Translations under genes and position numbers: made by a program
Shown here: positions 25,140 to 36,393 of the stretch, one piece after another
Position numbering within the stretch: position 1 is the stretch's first letter
Layout of the letters: each line of letters starts with the position of its first letter
From: Jimgerdemannia flammicorona
Taxonomy: Eukaryota
Assembly (NCBI GenBank): GCA_003990765.1
Contig: RBNJ01000092.1
Location: forward strand, 1 to 42,356
Reading direction: 5' to 3'
DNA length: 42,356 nucleotides
Notes under the pieces: generated by a model
What the model saw: the letters and a program-made list of their open reading frames with translations, nothing else
Told to the model about the DNA's origin: nothing
The model's database searches: none

Positions 25140-26839
25140 GTATACCTCTTATCTACTACTAGCCCAAGTGGGCATACTCTCATCCAACTCTCAATTATTC
25201 TTCAAAAGTCTCTCATTATCTTATACTTTCCCAGCCAATATTTAGGAGTCTGCACCACTCTACTCTCTTGTCTGATATTAAAATATACCTCACACTCCAA
25301 GATACTCTCTTCTACCAAATGTTCTGACAAATAGTTCAATATCATATTGTACTATAAGAACCTCTACTATACTATCTAAAACTTAGAGAGAATCTACCAC
25401 ACTACTTGCTTACTCTATAATCAAATATCATTCTAGTCCCACTCTTTACCAATTCCCACTCTCTGTCAAGTCTCTGGTCACAAATCTCTTCTATATTCCT
25501 AAAGACACTCTATATCATCCTCTAAACTAAAGTTATCCACTAATATGTCCCCCAATAGAAGGTAGTTCTACCTCTATATCTAGGGTCTCCAGTTTATCTT
25601 CTTCTTATTACTCTACTATCAGAGACCAATTCATTGAGCTCTATTAACCACTCTCCACCAGAATCCCCTAAAGCATATCTTCTGACTCTCTTTCAGTATT
25701 ACCAGAGAAAGCAAATTACCAGATATATTATAGAGAGAGAACTGTACCTCCTATACTCTCTATATAAGGAGTACCCACTCTTGGCCCCTCAACTCACTAA
25801 CTTGCTTCAGCCACCATACTCTTAAGCAGTATAAGTACTTGGTAAAGTCTATCTCACCCTTTTAGTCAGAGAGATATATCAGCTATCCTACTTTAGAAGA
25901 GTATTCTCTTACTCAATCAGCTACTACCCTATTATCTCTAAGGTAATAGAGAACTATATACTGAGAAGTAGATCTCCAGATAACAGACTATCTCTCCTAC
26001 TAGGATAACTGTTCCAATCACATCTCTACCTATTATCTCTCTATCTAATATCTGAGTCTTATACTTATATCAGTTAAGCTTAGCATCTGAGCACCTTTTA
26101 TACTATTCTACTTAGTATTCTCAAATAAATCAAATTAATTTGAATTGAATTGAATTGAGAGTCATTTGAATCAAATTCAATAAACCTTTGATTTGATTGA
26201 ATTCAATTCAATTTGATTCATAGAGAGTACTAATTTCACTGCTCTCTTTAGTACTACTATATTCTCTACAGAGCTCAGTCCAACTACCATATCATCAGCA
26301 AAGGCCCCTATCTTTTAATTTACTTCTAAAATGTTCAACCCCCTCACCTTACTCCTAATTCTGTCCAATAGAGGCTCTAGAGAGAGGCTATAAAGAATCA
26401 GTAACAGTAAATCCCCCTGTAGCACTCCTCTGCTCAGAGAGAATGAACCCCCTCCCCTATATCTATTCATCAGAATAGCTATCTGACTCTCCTCTAATAG
26501 ACTGATTAAAGATTATCTAAACTCTGAGATAACTCTATATGCTTTAGAACTCCCTTTAGCTACACTCACTAGACCCTGCTATAGGTCTTCTCCTGGTCTA
26601 GAAATACCAGCCAACCATCTATCTCTATAGTACATACTTTCTCAATAATACTATATATCTACACTGTCTTATCTCTTATCAAATGACCTCTGACAAAGCT
26701 CCTCTGCTCTGTCCCCAGTATCTACTGAATCTCTCCTTGTAGCCTAGTCACTAATATCTTTATAACTAGCTTACAATATATATTCAGAAGTATGATCAGT
26801 CTCCAGTTCTTTCACTTCTCTCTTCTCCTCTTATTCTGC
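25140..26839 (-). mobile_element. Decayed LINE of the same clade (RT region), truncated
   Basis: Minus-strand GSFSLSRGVLQGD, LYSLSLEPLLDRIR and KIGAFADDMVVGL, collinear with the 22081 LINE. The left boundary is approximate. Confidence 0.8.
26113..26232. mobile_element. 120-bp hAT-type MITE inserted in the LINE RT
   Basis: TIRs TAGTATTCTC...GAGAGTACTA. 8-bp TSD ATTCTACT (26105-26112) / ATTTCACT (26233-26240), each one C->T away from ATTCCACT. Removing it restores collinearity with the other LINE. Confidence 0.85.
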
Positions 26840-27094
26840 TTTTTTTTTTTTTTATTACTAAACCATCTATAATATACTACTAATACAAATAAGCTCCTCA
26901 CCCAATCTCTCTTGAAAACTCCCTCTTTCCCTCACTATTTCTCTTAAATACTACCATCCTCTCTGCTACTCTAATCCTCCCCCCACTCTTCCTATAGATT
27001 ATCTCTACCAATTATCTCTAATACTCCCCACCAGCACCCCCACCCCTCCACCACCCCTCCACCACCCATTCAATATATCCATCATTAGCTATTC
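26840..27094 (-). mobile_element. Probable 3' end of another LINE (poly-A on the minus strand)
   Basis: A T-run at 26840-26853 abruptly breaks the RT-coding LINE and is followed by C-rich sequence (G-rich on minus), like other LINE 3' ends here. Confidence 0.5.
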
Positions 27095-27279
27095 TATAAG
27101 TGCACAACCTTCAAGTCACTGAAATCACATATCACCCTCTGAAAAAATCTGGAAATTATATGTAAAATTATGAAGCTAAGTCAAACCAAAGTTACAGAAT
27201 ACAAAGCTGAGTCAACTTGAAGTTACAAAATATAAGATTTATACAAATAGAACCTTACTAATCAGGACTAAATATATAT
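27095..27279 (+). mobile_element. Family-A 5' fragment (host of the Gypsy-B insertion)
   Basis: TATAAGTGCACAACC... matches 18576 onward and breaks off at an ATATAT site where the B LTR begins. Confidence 0.85.
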
Positions 27280-28827
27280 TATAACATACCTGGCTCAATG
27301 GAGGCAAATTACAAGGTTGGGGGTTGATGTAGTTTGACTTGAGCCCCCAGTTACTTTGTCAAAAAGCAACAAAATGTTTTGAGATTCTGAGGGTCCTTGG
27401 TGTTTAGTGATATAATAGTCAAAGCTAGATATCTGCAAGTGATTTGTGTGTCAATTTCCTAATTGAGATGATTCTCTGGGTATAGCAGCAATTTGTATGT
27501 AAATAGGTTTCTTTCTTAGATCAATCTGGAAATTGGTAGAATTTTGTATATAGTGTGATGATCTCTGTATATAACAGTCTGGTGATTTAGTAGTTCTTCT
27601 TCTTGAGTGGCAATCTCCAAAAGTATGTAATTTCTATATAACAATCTCTGTATAATATAATAAGTTCCTTATATAGGATATTCTGATAATTTGGCAGATA
27701 ACTTAATTTGGCATAGATTCTCCTTACTGGGAATTATACTGGTGGCAGATTCTTCTTGGGCTTACTGAAAATGACAAATAACTCAGATATCACAGATTCT
27801 TCCTGAATCAGTAGTTTTAACTGAGAAATAACTCAGATGGTGTAAGTTCTTCCAAATCGGGCTCTTCTGGAAATAATAACTTAGATGGCATGGGTAACTC
27901 AGATGTTGCAGATTCTTCCTGAATCAGCAGACTTCTCTGGAAATATAATGGCATGGATTCTTTCTGAATCAGCAGCTTCAACTGGGAAATAACTCAGATA
28001 GCATAAGTTCTTCCAAATTGGGCTCTTCTGGAAATAATAACTCAGATGACATGGATAACTCAAATGTCATAGATTCTTTCTGAATTAGTGGGCTTCTCTG
28101 GAAATACAATAGTATGGATTCTTCCTAAATTGGTAGCTTCAACTAGAAAATATAAACAACTGGCAGCTTTGAGAAAGGATCTCTTGGCAAAGTTATATCA
28201 AAGACTGGCTTTGTTTGTATGACAGATCACTGTGAAGTTGCATCAGAAACTGGCTTGAGCAAGGTGGTTTTCTCTTAGGCTTTCTGGGAATACAGATAAC
28301 TTAGAAATAGCAGTGAAGTCCTTCACTTAAACTTGGTAGTGAACTCAGATTTTTCAGGCTTATCTGGCAAGCAAACCAAAAATGTAACAAACTCTTTTTT
28401 ATATTGAAAAGTAGACTAGAGTGGGGAAATAAGCTCACAATCTCCTAGCAATGGCTGTAGAGTTCCTCTCAAAGTATGGTAGGCAGACTTGTCTTTTGCT
28501 TCAATTTTGAACTGAGGTTTATTCACTCTTGTCTCTGGGATATTTTATATAGATTGGTTGCTATCTGGTTGCTATATGGCTAACTATAGATTTGCTACTT
28601 ATGGCAAGTTGTGCAGGTCTAGCACAAGTATACAGGTCTGGCACAGATGTGCAGGTTCTGCACAGATATACCTTTTCTGATAGTCTGGCTATTTATACAC
28701 TTTTCCACAGCAATGATTGCTATGTCTGATCACTATACTATATGTTCATGTCATCTAGCTAAGGTACTAATTGTTTACATCATCTGACTAAGGTATAATT
28801 TGAGGGGTATATTTTTGGTGTATCACA
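27280..28827 (-). repeat. Gypsy-B 3' LTR (1548 bp) containing two 161-bp tandem units
   Basis: Begins TGTGATA (28827) next to the PPT. TATAAATA at ~28690 on minus. Units start at 27795 and 27956, with a partial third at 28117. Confidence 0.9.
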
Positions 28828-28839
28828 TCAGCCCCCACT
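28828..28839 (-). promoter_or_regulatory. Polypurine tract of Gypsy-B
   Basis: AGTGGGGGCTGA immediately before the LTR TG, preceded by a CTGAGGACAG box. Confidence 0.8.
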
Positions 28840-28867
28840 AAAGAATGGTCTGTCCTCAGACTGTCCT

Positions 28868-29383
28868 TTAGTTATCATCTCAGTGTAGATAAACATCTTC
28901 TGCATCAATATCCATTCCATTATCTTCATCATCTGTACCATGATTGCTCCATTCCAAGGGTTCTTCTTCTACTTCTGGGAATAGAATTTTGACAGCATTG
29001 ATGATGCTTAGGTAGATGGCTAGGTTCATTTCTTGTATATTATACCAGGAGAATTGTGTTTGTATCAGAGCTGCAGGATTTCATTTATAAAGAGTGTAAA
29101 GTCTGTCTGCAGTAGTGATATCTCTCCTTGATAGTCCTGTGGTATTTCTGATATATGTCTGTTTGGGGACAGGGAGGTTCTGCAATTGTTCTCCAATTGT
29201 ATAATAGGCCTAAAGTTGATGGACCTGTAGCAATTGTCTGGCCAGAACAAGATTCTCTTGATAAATCTGAATCCTTTAGAGAGTAGTTCCATTGATTTCT
29301 CAAAATTGAGATAGAGGAATTAGCAGTGATTGAAATGAGCTGAGGATAAGGGTCTGGTAGCAGTTGTCAATTCTCTGATTCAT
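28868..29383 (-). pseudogene. Accessory ORF3 of Gypsy-B (171 codons + stop), homologous to ORF-A
   Basis: The ATG at 29383 overlaps the pol stop (29367-29369). One frame runs to TAA at 28868, and its five internal stops (TGA/TAA/TAG) can each be explained by a single C->T. Translation ...QVHQL*AYYTIGEQLQNLPVPKQTYIRNTTGLSRRDITTADRLYTLYK*NPAALIQTQFSWYNIQEM... with an acidic tail. Confidence 0.8.
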
Positions 29384-32261
29384 GATGTGGGGAAAGGTAT
29401 ATCTTGAGGTGATTGATGTGCACTGGTGTTCTCAGAGTTCATCCATCTATGCTTCTTAAATAGATGCTAATTTCTCTGATATTATATACAAGATAAGATC
29501 CTTCCCATTTGGGCTCCAATTTGGTAACAAAGTTTATTTCAATCATGCTTCTCCAAACTAGTACTTGATCTCCAATCTTAATCTCCTGATCCTTCTGCTT
29601 CTAGTTATAGTACTTCTTTTGTCTTTCTTGAGCCTTGATGATCTGAGCTTGGGCTTGATTATGTAACTGTTCTGCCTTTTTGAGAAGATCTCCAAGATTC
29701 TCATAGTCAGTAGTTCTGGTTTTCTTAGTAAACATCATTTTAAATAGCTTTTGCTTAGTGGAGGTAGCAGGGGTATTCCAGATCTTCCATAGGATCTCAG
29801 GTAAGCAAAGATCCCAATTGGTAGAATTGACCCAAGCAAGTTCTTTCTTGATGGTCTGGTTCATTCTTTCTGTCATACCATTGGTCTGAGAGTGGTATGA
29901 TGTGGTCCATTTGAGGTAGATCTTGTGAATTTGAGCATAACTTGTGATTATGTTGTTGATGAATTCTGTGTCTCAGTCAGAGATGAGTTCTTCTGGGGGT
30001 CCATATCTGAGTGTGAGTCTATGGAGAAGACCTACAATGGTTAAGGCATCTGCAATTTCTATTGGGAGAGTCTTGGGCCACTTGGTCAGATATTTTACAA
30101 ATATAAGAATATACTTATTTCTTCTTGGTATAACTGGTAGGAGACCAATTACATCTACTCTCTATCTCTGAAAGATATTGTCTGGTGGTATAATTAGTTG
30201 TAATAGTGCTTGGTAGTTCTTCCTTCCTTGGTACCTCTGGCAGATATCACATTTCTTAAGTATATCTCAGACTTGTGTTCTGAGGTTGGGCCAATGTTGG
30301 TGTGTTGTTCACAGCTTCTCTTCTATATTTACCTATCCCTGATGAGCTTTCTGATGTTCTTTTTGGATGAAATCTTCTTGTGTCTTGATGGTCTGAGGAG
30401 CTTCCTTTAGGGTGTAGTTTCTTGAGACACTTTTCATCTGATTCATTAGGGCTGGTAGGAAAGTACATCAACATTGTTATGAGCTTTCTCTACTTTGTGG
30501 ATGATGGTGATTCTGTAATCCTGAAGAATAAGAATCCAGCAGACTAGGATTCCAGTAGATTTCTTATTGTTGAATAGCCATTTAAGGGCTGTATAGTTTG
30601 TGATTAGGGTAAACTTTTTTCTGATAAGGTAATACTTGAACAGAGTGACCACCCATATGACTATAAGGTATTCCAATTTGGTGCTACCATAGTTCATCTA
30701 CTGCTGATTGGTAGCTTGGCTTATATAAGCTATATAGAGTATTATTGGTCAGATCCTTCTTGGGCTAAAACTGCTCCTAGGCCATCTTTAGAAGCATCTG
30801 TATACAAGATAAATAGCTTCTGTAGATTGGGGCATACAAGGATTGGTACTGTAGTCATGTAGTTCTTGAGTTCTTTGAAGGCTGTTTCTTGTAATTCTAT
30901 CTATTTGAATGGTACTCCTTTCTTGAGAAGGATCCAGATTGGGGCAGCAATTTGGGTGAAGTCCTTGATAAACCTTCTATAGTAGGATACTAGTATCAGG
31001 AATGATAGTGTTTCCTTCAGGGTCTTAGGTACTGGCCAATTGTTGATCTTCTTGATTTTCTTTAGGTCTATATGGATTCCTTCTTTCAAAACTATAAATT
31101 CAAGGAATTCAAGCTTCTGTTCCCAAAGTAGCATTTCTTTATATTTAGTCTCAAGTAGTTCTTATGGGTGAGCTTGAAGAATTCCTCTAAGTGGTATAGA
31201 TGTTCTTCAAAATTTGCTGAATAGATGTTGGAATCATCTATATATACAATCAGATATTAGTGGATCAAGGGAGCATAGACTAAATTCATCATCCTCTGAA
31301 AGGTGGGGGGTATATTGCAAAGTCCAAAAGGCATTCAGAGGTATTCAAACAGTTTTTCTAGAGTAAGAAAGGCTGTCTTTTGAATGTTCTTGGGGTCCAT
31401 GGAGATCTCATGGAATTCTGTGAAAAGATCCATACTGCTGAAGTATCTGGCATCTTATAACTGATTCAAAAGATCATTGATTCTAGGCAAAGAATAGGCA
31501 TCCTTTTCAGTAGCTTAATTGAGTTTTCTATAATCTACACAGAGTCTCCATCCTCCTTTCTTTGATACAATAAGTATAGGGCTGGCCCAAGAGCTAGTAG
31601 AGGGTCAGATGACTCTATTGTCTAAGAGTTCTTAAATATACTCCTTTTTGAATGTTTTTAAGTAATGGGGTATTCTATAGGGTTTCTGCCAGATGAGTGT
31701 TGCATTTTCTATATTGATGCTGTGGTGATATAATGGATTATATAGCAGGTTGCCATAATCAGTGGTGAAGATATCTTGATATTTGTTAAGAAGTTCTACT
31801 AGTTATTACCATTGCTGGAGTGTCAATTCTTCTTCAATGTTAGTAGAAGGCTTCACTGTCTCCTAGGTCACAGAGGGGTCTTTTCTTTCTTCTGGGACCT
31901 TTTGCCATTTTCTGATAAGTTTAGTTCATAAACTTCTCTATAAGTTCAGTTGAGAAAAGGCACCAGGTATCCTATGATGGTTCCTTTTGACAAGGTGATG
32001 GTTTCCCAACTTTGGTTGATTGCTCAGAAGTGTACCAGGTTCATCTTGTCAGGGAATATATGTCCTTCTATATCCAAGTGTAGGATATCTTTATTAGATT
32101 CAAAGAAAAGGTTCCTGAGATTGGGTGGTACAAAGATTTCAAAGGTAGTTTGTTCTCCTGGTTCCAGAATGAGATTCTTGTGCAGTTTGACTGATTGGCA
32201 GTATACTTGCTGGGGAACATTCCTCTTGAGGTAGTTGACTTGAAGGAGATGTACTTCCTTC

Positions 32262-32670
32262 TTATCTGAGCTTCCAAATCCTTTAGCTTGTCTTGTTCCT
32301 TCAGTTAGTTTGGAGACTTCTTATAATTGTGGGGTCTTGACCTTCATGAAGACTACTTGGGCAATCTTCTGTCCTCTAATAATTCAGTACCACTCTGTGC
32401 TGCTGTTGTGTAGGATGACCTTGATTTCACCTGTATATCCTGAGTCAATGGTTCCTTCTTCTATGGATATTCCTTGTCTGGAAAGTCCAGACCTTGAGGT
32501 CAGTTGGATATAGACTCCTTGAGGTGGCTGTATGACTAGTCCAGTTCTGATTATGAAAGTTTTTCCAGGCTTGATGAATTCATCCTTCAGACTGTGAAGA
32601 TCATACTCTACATCTTCTGGGTGAGCCTTGGTCAGGGGTTTGGCCTTAGGATGTAGCAGGGCATACTGTG
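32262..32670 (-). pseudogene. dUTPase domain within Gypsy-B pol
   Basis: All five motifs in one frame: (D)VEYDLHS, TSRSGL, GTIDSGYTGEI, GQKIAQ and RQAKGFGSSD, with two C->T-type stops. Confidence 0.93.
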
Positions 32671-35600
32671 CAATATCCTTGCTGAGCTTGGGCTGTCCTT
32701 GGGCTGAAGCTCTACTTATAGAAAGTCTCCAAGCTCTGAGGTTGAGGTGTGGCTATCTGGCTCTGGTGGAGGAGTCTTGGAGATAGTTAATTCCTCTTCT
32801 TCCTATCAGGTCTAGGGCTCCCATGAAGTTGGTGGCATCTTCTATCCATCCTTAGCAAGTTGCATGTCTGATAAGGGCTAAGATATCTTCTCCTAAATCA
32901 TAAATCTTAAGGGTCCTTCTTCTTGGCTTCTTGGTCTGGCTTTTTCAGATCTAGCTTCTATTGTCTCCTCTCTTCAAGGTGTAGATTATAACATTATGGC
33001 TGAGGTGAATCTTCTGATGCCTGCAGTCTCAGCAATCTGAATATCTTTCATAGTTACAATATCCCATTGCTCAGAAATGATGTTCTTGGTTGTTGATCTC
33101 TTGTTGTCATGGGAATCAGTACCCATCTTGGTCATAAGTTAGTGGAAGAGTAAATAAGGGGTATTATTCTGTCTGGATGAAGAGGCCTTGTCCTCTGAAT
33201 CAGCTTTGCAACTTGGTGGTGACTTCTTGGAAAGTAGTTGACTGTGCAACTATTTTTGGGGGTTCTGGTCTCTGGGGTCTCTGTCTCTCTTATTTATCTA
33301 GTAGATAGTACTGATAGCAGTAGTCTCAGAGAGAGTGGAAGATCATCTGGTGTGGACATCTTCCTAGCCAAAAAGCTCTTTCTTAGTGAGTTTCTTTCTT
33401 GAGAATAATGAGGATTATGCTGGGTCTTTCTTCTATATTCCAAGGGTCATCATCTTCAGATGGTGTCTAGTGAGGGTTATCTCAGAGAATGAGTTCAGAG
33501 ACTTCTTCCTCTTCAGGTACTTCTTGTTCAGAAACTTCTTGGTCAGGAACTTCTTTTTCCTCAGATAATTCTTGATCCCAAATTGCTTATACTTCTGCAG
33601 CTTTGGCTGCAGGTATTTCTGGGACATGTCTACATTTCTTCTTTTTTCCTTCTACACTCTGGGTAGGCTGTGCCAGGTGAATTCCTTGTTCCAATGATCT
33701 TGGAGGAGTGCTTGGGACACTTGTGTCTCTTGAGACAGATGGGGCATCCTTTGATTTCTCCTGCAATGACTCCAATAGTAATGGAGACAGTGTTCTTGGT
33801 CCATACATTATCTTCTAGTCTGTCATCAATCAGGTTAATTCAGGAATTGAGTCTGGGATCATTTCCATCTTCAGATTCTTCTTTCTCCTCTATAGTAGAC
33901 TCTTCACTGCTGGTATATTCTTCCTGAATAGTGATCTTCTTCTTCTTTGATTGCTCATAACTAGTTATCTTAACTCTGTACTTTTTGTCTTAATAGTCAA
34001 ACTTGAGTATCTGTTGACTGATGTCAATAACTGCATTCATTTACTTCATCCAGTTGGTACCAAGGATTATGTCATAGGTGACAGCTTCAGTGACAACAGC
34101 TTTGGGGATAGAGAACTGAATGTGTCTCAGGAAAATAGTGATGTTTCATACTTTTCCAAGGGGTTGAGTTTGGGCTCCATCTGCTACTATGATACTGAGA
34201 TTGGATGGTCCATTGATGGGCCATTAGAGGGTGTCCAGGAATCATTTGGCAATAACACAGACAGCTGCTCCTATGTCTATGAGGATTTTCGCCTTTTGTC
34301 CTCCAATATCTCTATGTAAGTAAGTGCTGACATGTCTTTCTGCGGCATGGATAGAAATTGAGGCTGGTTCTTGTTGAGAGATTAGAACTTGGCCAGTACT
34401 AGACCTGATGGTTCTCAGCAGTTTGTTTTGGACTCCAGCTGGTATCAGTTACAGGAACTGCAGGAGAGGGACTTCTATCTTGGCCTCTTGAATCTTCTGC
34501 CAGGCTTTATTATAGATATCTCTAGGCATGGTCTTCAGGGTGTACTTCTTCTTGGGCTTTGAAGTAGCAGGTTCTCATTCTTCTTGTTTCATTTCTTCAT
34601 CCTCTGATAGTAGCTCATTTCTCTCAGAGACAAAAGGTGAAGGAGTCCAGGGAGGTATTTCTGCTTGTTCCTCTTCATGTTTTTCATCTTCCTCTTAGAT
34701 AATTCTCTTGCTGATATTCCTGGATGGCCTTCCTATAAGTCTCTTCCTTTTCTCTGCTGGATAGACTGTTTTCTGAGTAGTAATCTTAGTAGGGTATAAG
34801 TCTAGATTACTGTAGTCTTCACTGTTGCTTGATTCTTTGAAATCTTCAACAGAATGGGATTCAGTCTTCTTGTACTGAGTGTCATTTCTTCAGTTTGATG
34901 GTTCTGAGTCTCTTTTGTCACTTCTTTTGTTGTCACATTCAGTGGCATAGTGTCTGAATTGTCTATAGTGGAAGCATTGGACTTGGGCTCTGTCTCAGAT
35001 AGAGTATCTTCTTTCTTCTTGCTGATAGTTCCTGTTATCTCTTAGTGGGTAATCTTGGCTTCTTTGTGGAGGGTATCCCTTGTTGTCTTGGTAACTCCAA
35101 TTTTTATATGTAGTGAGTTTTTCAATCTGTCCAACCAATTGGTCCAACTTGGAGCTGAGGTCTTGAATTTTACTTCTGTCCTTCTTTTCTTCCTTGGCTG
35201 ACCTTCTTTCTTCAGACCTTTCTTATTCTTGGAGGAGTCCTTGTAGGGCTTTGACCAGGATGTCTTCTTTATCTTCTAACTTATCATGGTCACTTCAGAT
35301 AGTTCCTTATCTGATATCAAAAAATCCTTGAGCTATATCTACTTGCTCTTCAGACCTTCTGATGTCTAGGGTACAGACATGCTGAGCAATGTTTGGGGAA
35401 ATCCCATTTATGAAGGTCATTGGACCTATGATATCCTGGTTGGTGGCATTGAATCCAGCAGTATGCATTCTCTTCTGAATTCTTGTGAAGAAGGCTCTAG
35501 GTAATTCTCCAAGATTTATCTTCATCCCCATGATAGATTCTTGAGCCTTGTGGTGGGTTTCATTTTCTGCATACTTTTCAATGAGCCAGTGGACCATGGC

Positions 35601-36373
35601 TATATATTCTAGCTCATAAGATAATGCTACTTATATCTGTCTTGCCAGTTCTGAATTTGGGTCATTTGCTGTTTAGTGGAAAATTCCTCTGGCTGGTTCT
35701 CTGAGCTAGGCCTTATAGATAGTAATTTTTCTTTTATCTGAAAGGGTCCTCAGGGCTGTGATTCCTTCAATTCCATCAAGGAATTCTCTGGAGTCTTCCT
35801 CTGGATATCCTGCAAAGATTGGCAATGAGGTGGCTATTTTGTTGTCACTTTCTTCTAATTCTGGTTCTGGTCTGAATTCTGATTCTGATTTACTTTCTGA
35901 GCTATTACTGGAGATGAGAGTGCTTGGGTATCCTGAGGATAGTGTTCTGGACCTTAGATGAAGTGGAATGAGCCTAGGTATTCTTGTAAGAGCTACTCCA
36001 ATTCTGTAAGAGCTTGTGGTAAAGATTCTATTAGTGAGATTGATGGAACTGATATGGGGTGTCTGGTTGTAAGATCTTGGGCTTGTGTAATGAGATCTTC
36101 TAGTTCTTGTGCAAGTTCTTCAAAATCTTTGACAGGGCCACCTGTATTGTCTAGTTGATTTGGTTAGAGATTTTGGGCTATACTGACTTCTAATTCTGGT
36201 TGGGATCCTTCTGATACTGGGTAATTGGTATGTCTTGAGATGATTACTTCTCTTCCTGTCTAGATGCTAGTGATAACTGATTCTTCTGTGGTAACAGAGA
36301 TTGGTGTTATATCAAATGTATCCAGTTTGACTGTGAGTTCTTGTGAGCTGAAAAGTTATGTCGATTTGAAATC

Positions 36374-36391
36374 TTCTCAGTTGAGCCCCCA
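36374..36391 (-). promoter_or_regulatory. Primer-binding site, tRNA-Pro type
   Basis: TGGGGGCTCAACTGAGAA lies 2 nt inside the 5' LTR end. It resembles the tRNA-Pro PBS TGGGGGCTCGTCCGGGAT, mostly through transition changes. Confidence 0.8.
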
Positions 36392-36393
36392 AA

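Noticed and set aside
29065-29303. Track ORFs 29065-29292 and 29085-29303 as the Gypsy extra gene
   Set aside because: The conserved frame is the third, stop-interrupted one.
28868-29383. ORF3 as an envelope gene
   Set aside because: It is too short and has no signal peptide, furin site or transmembrane anchor.
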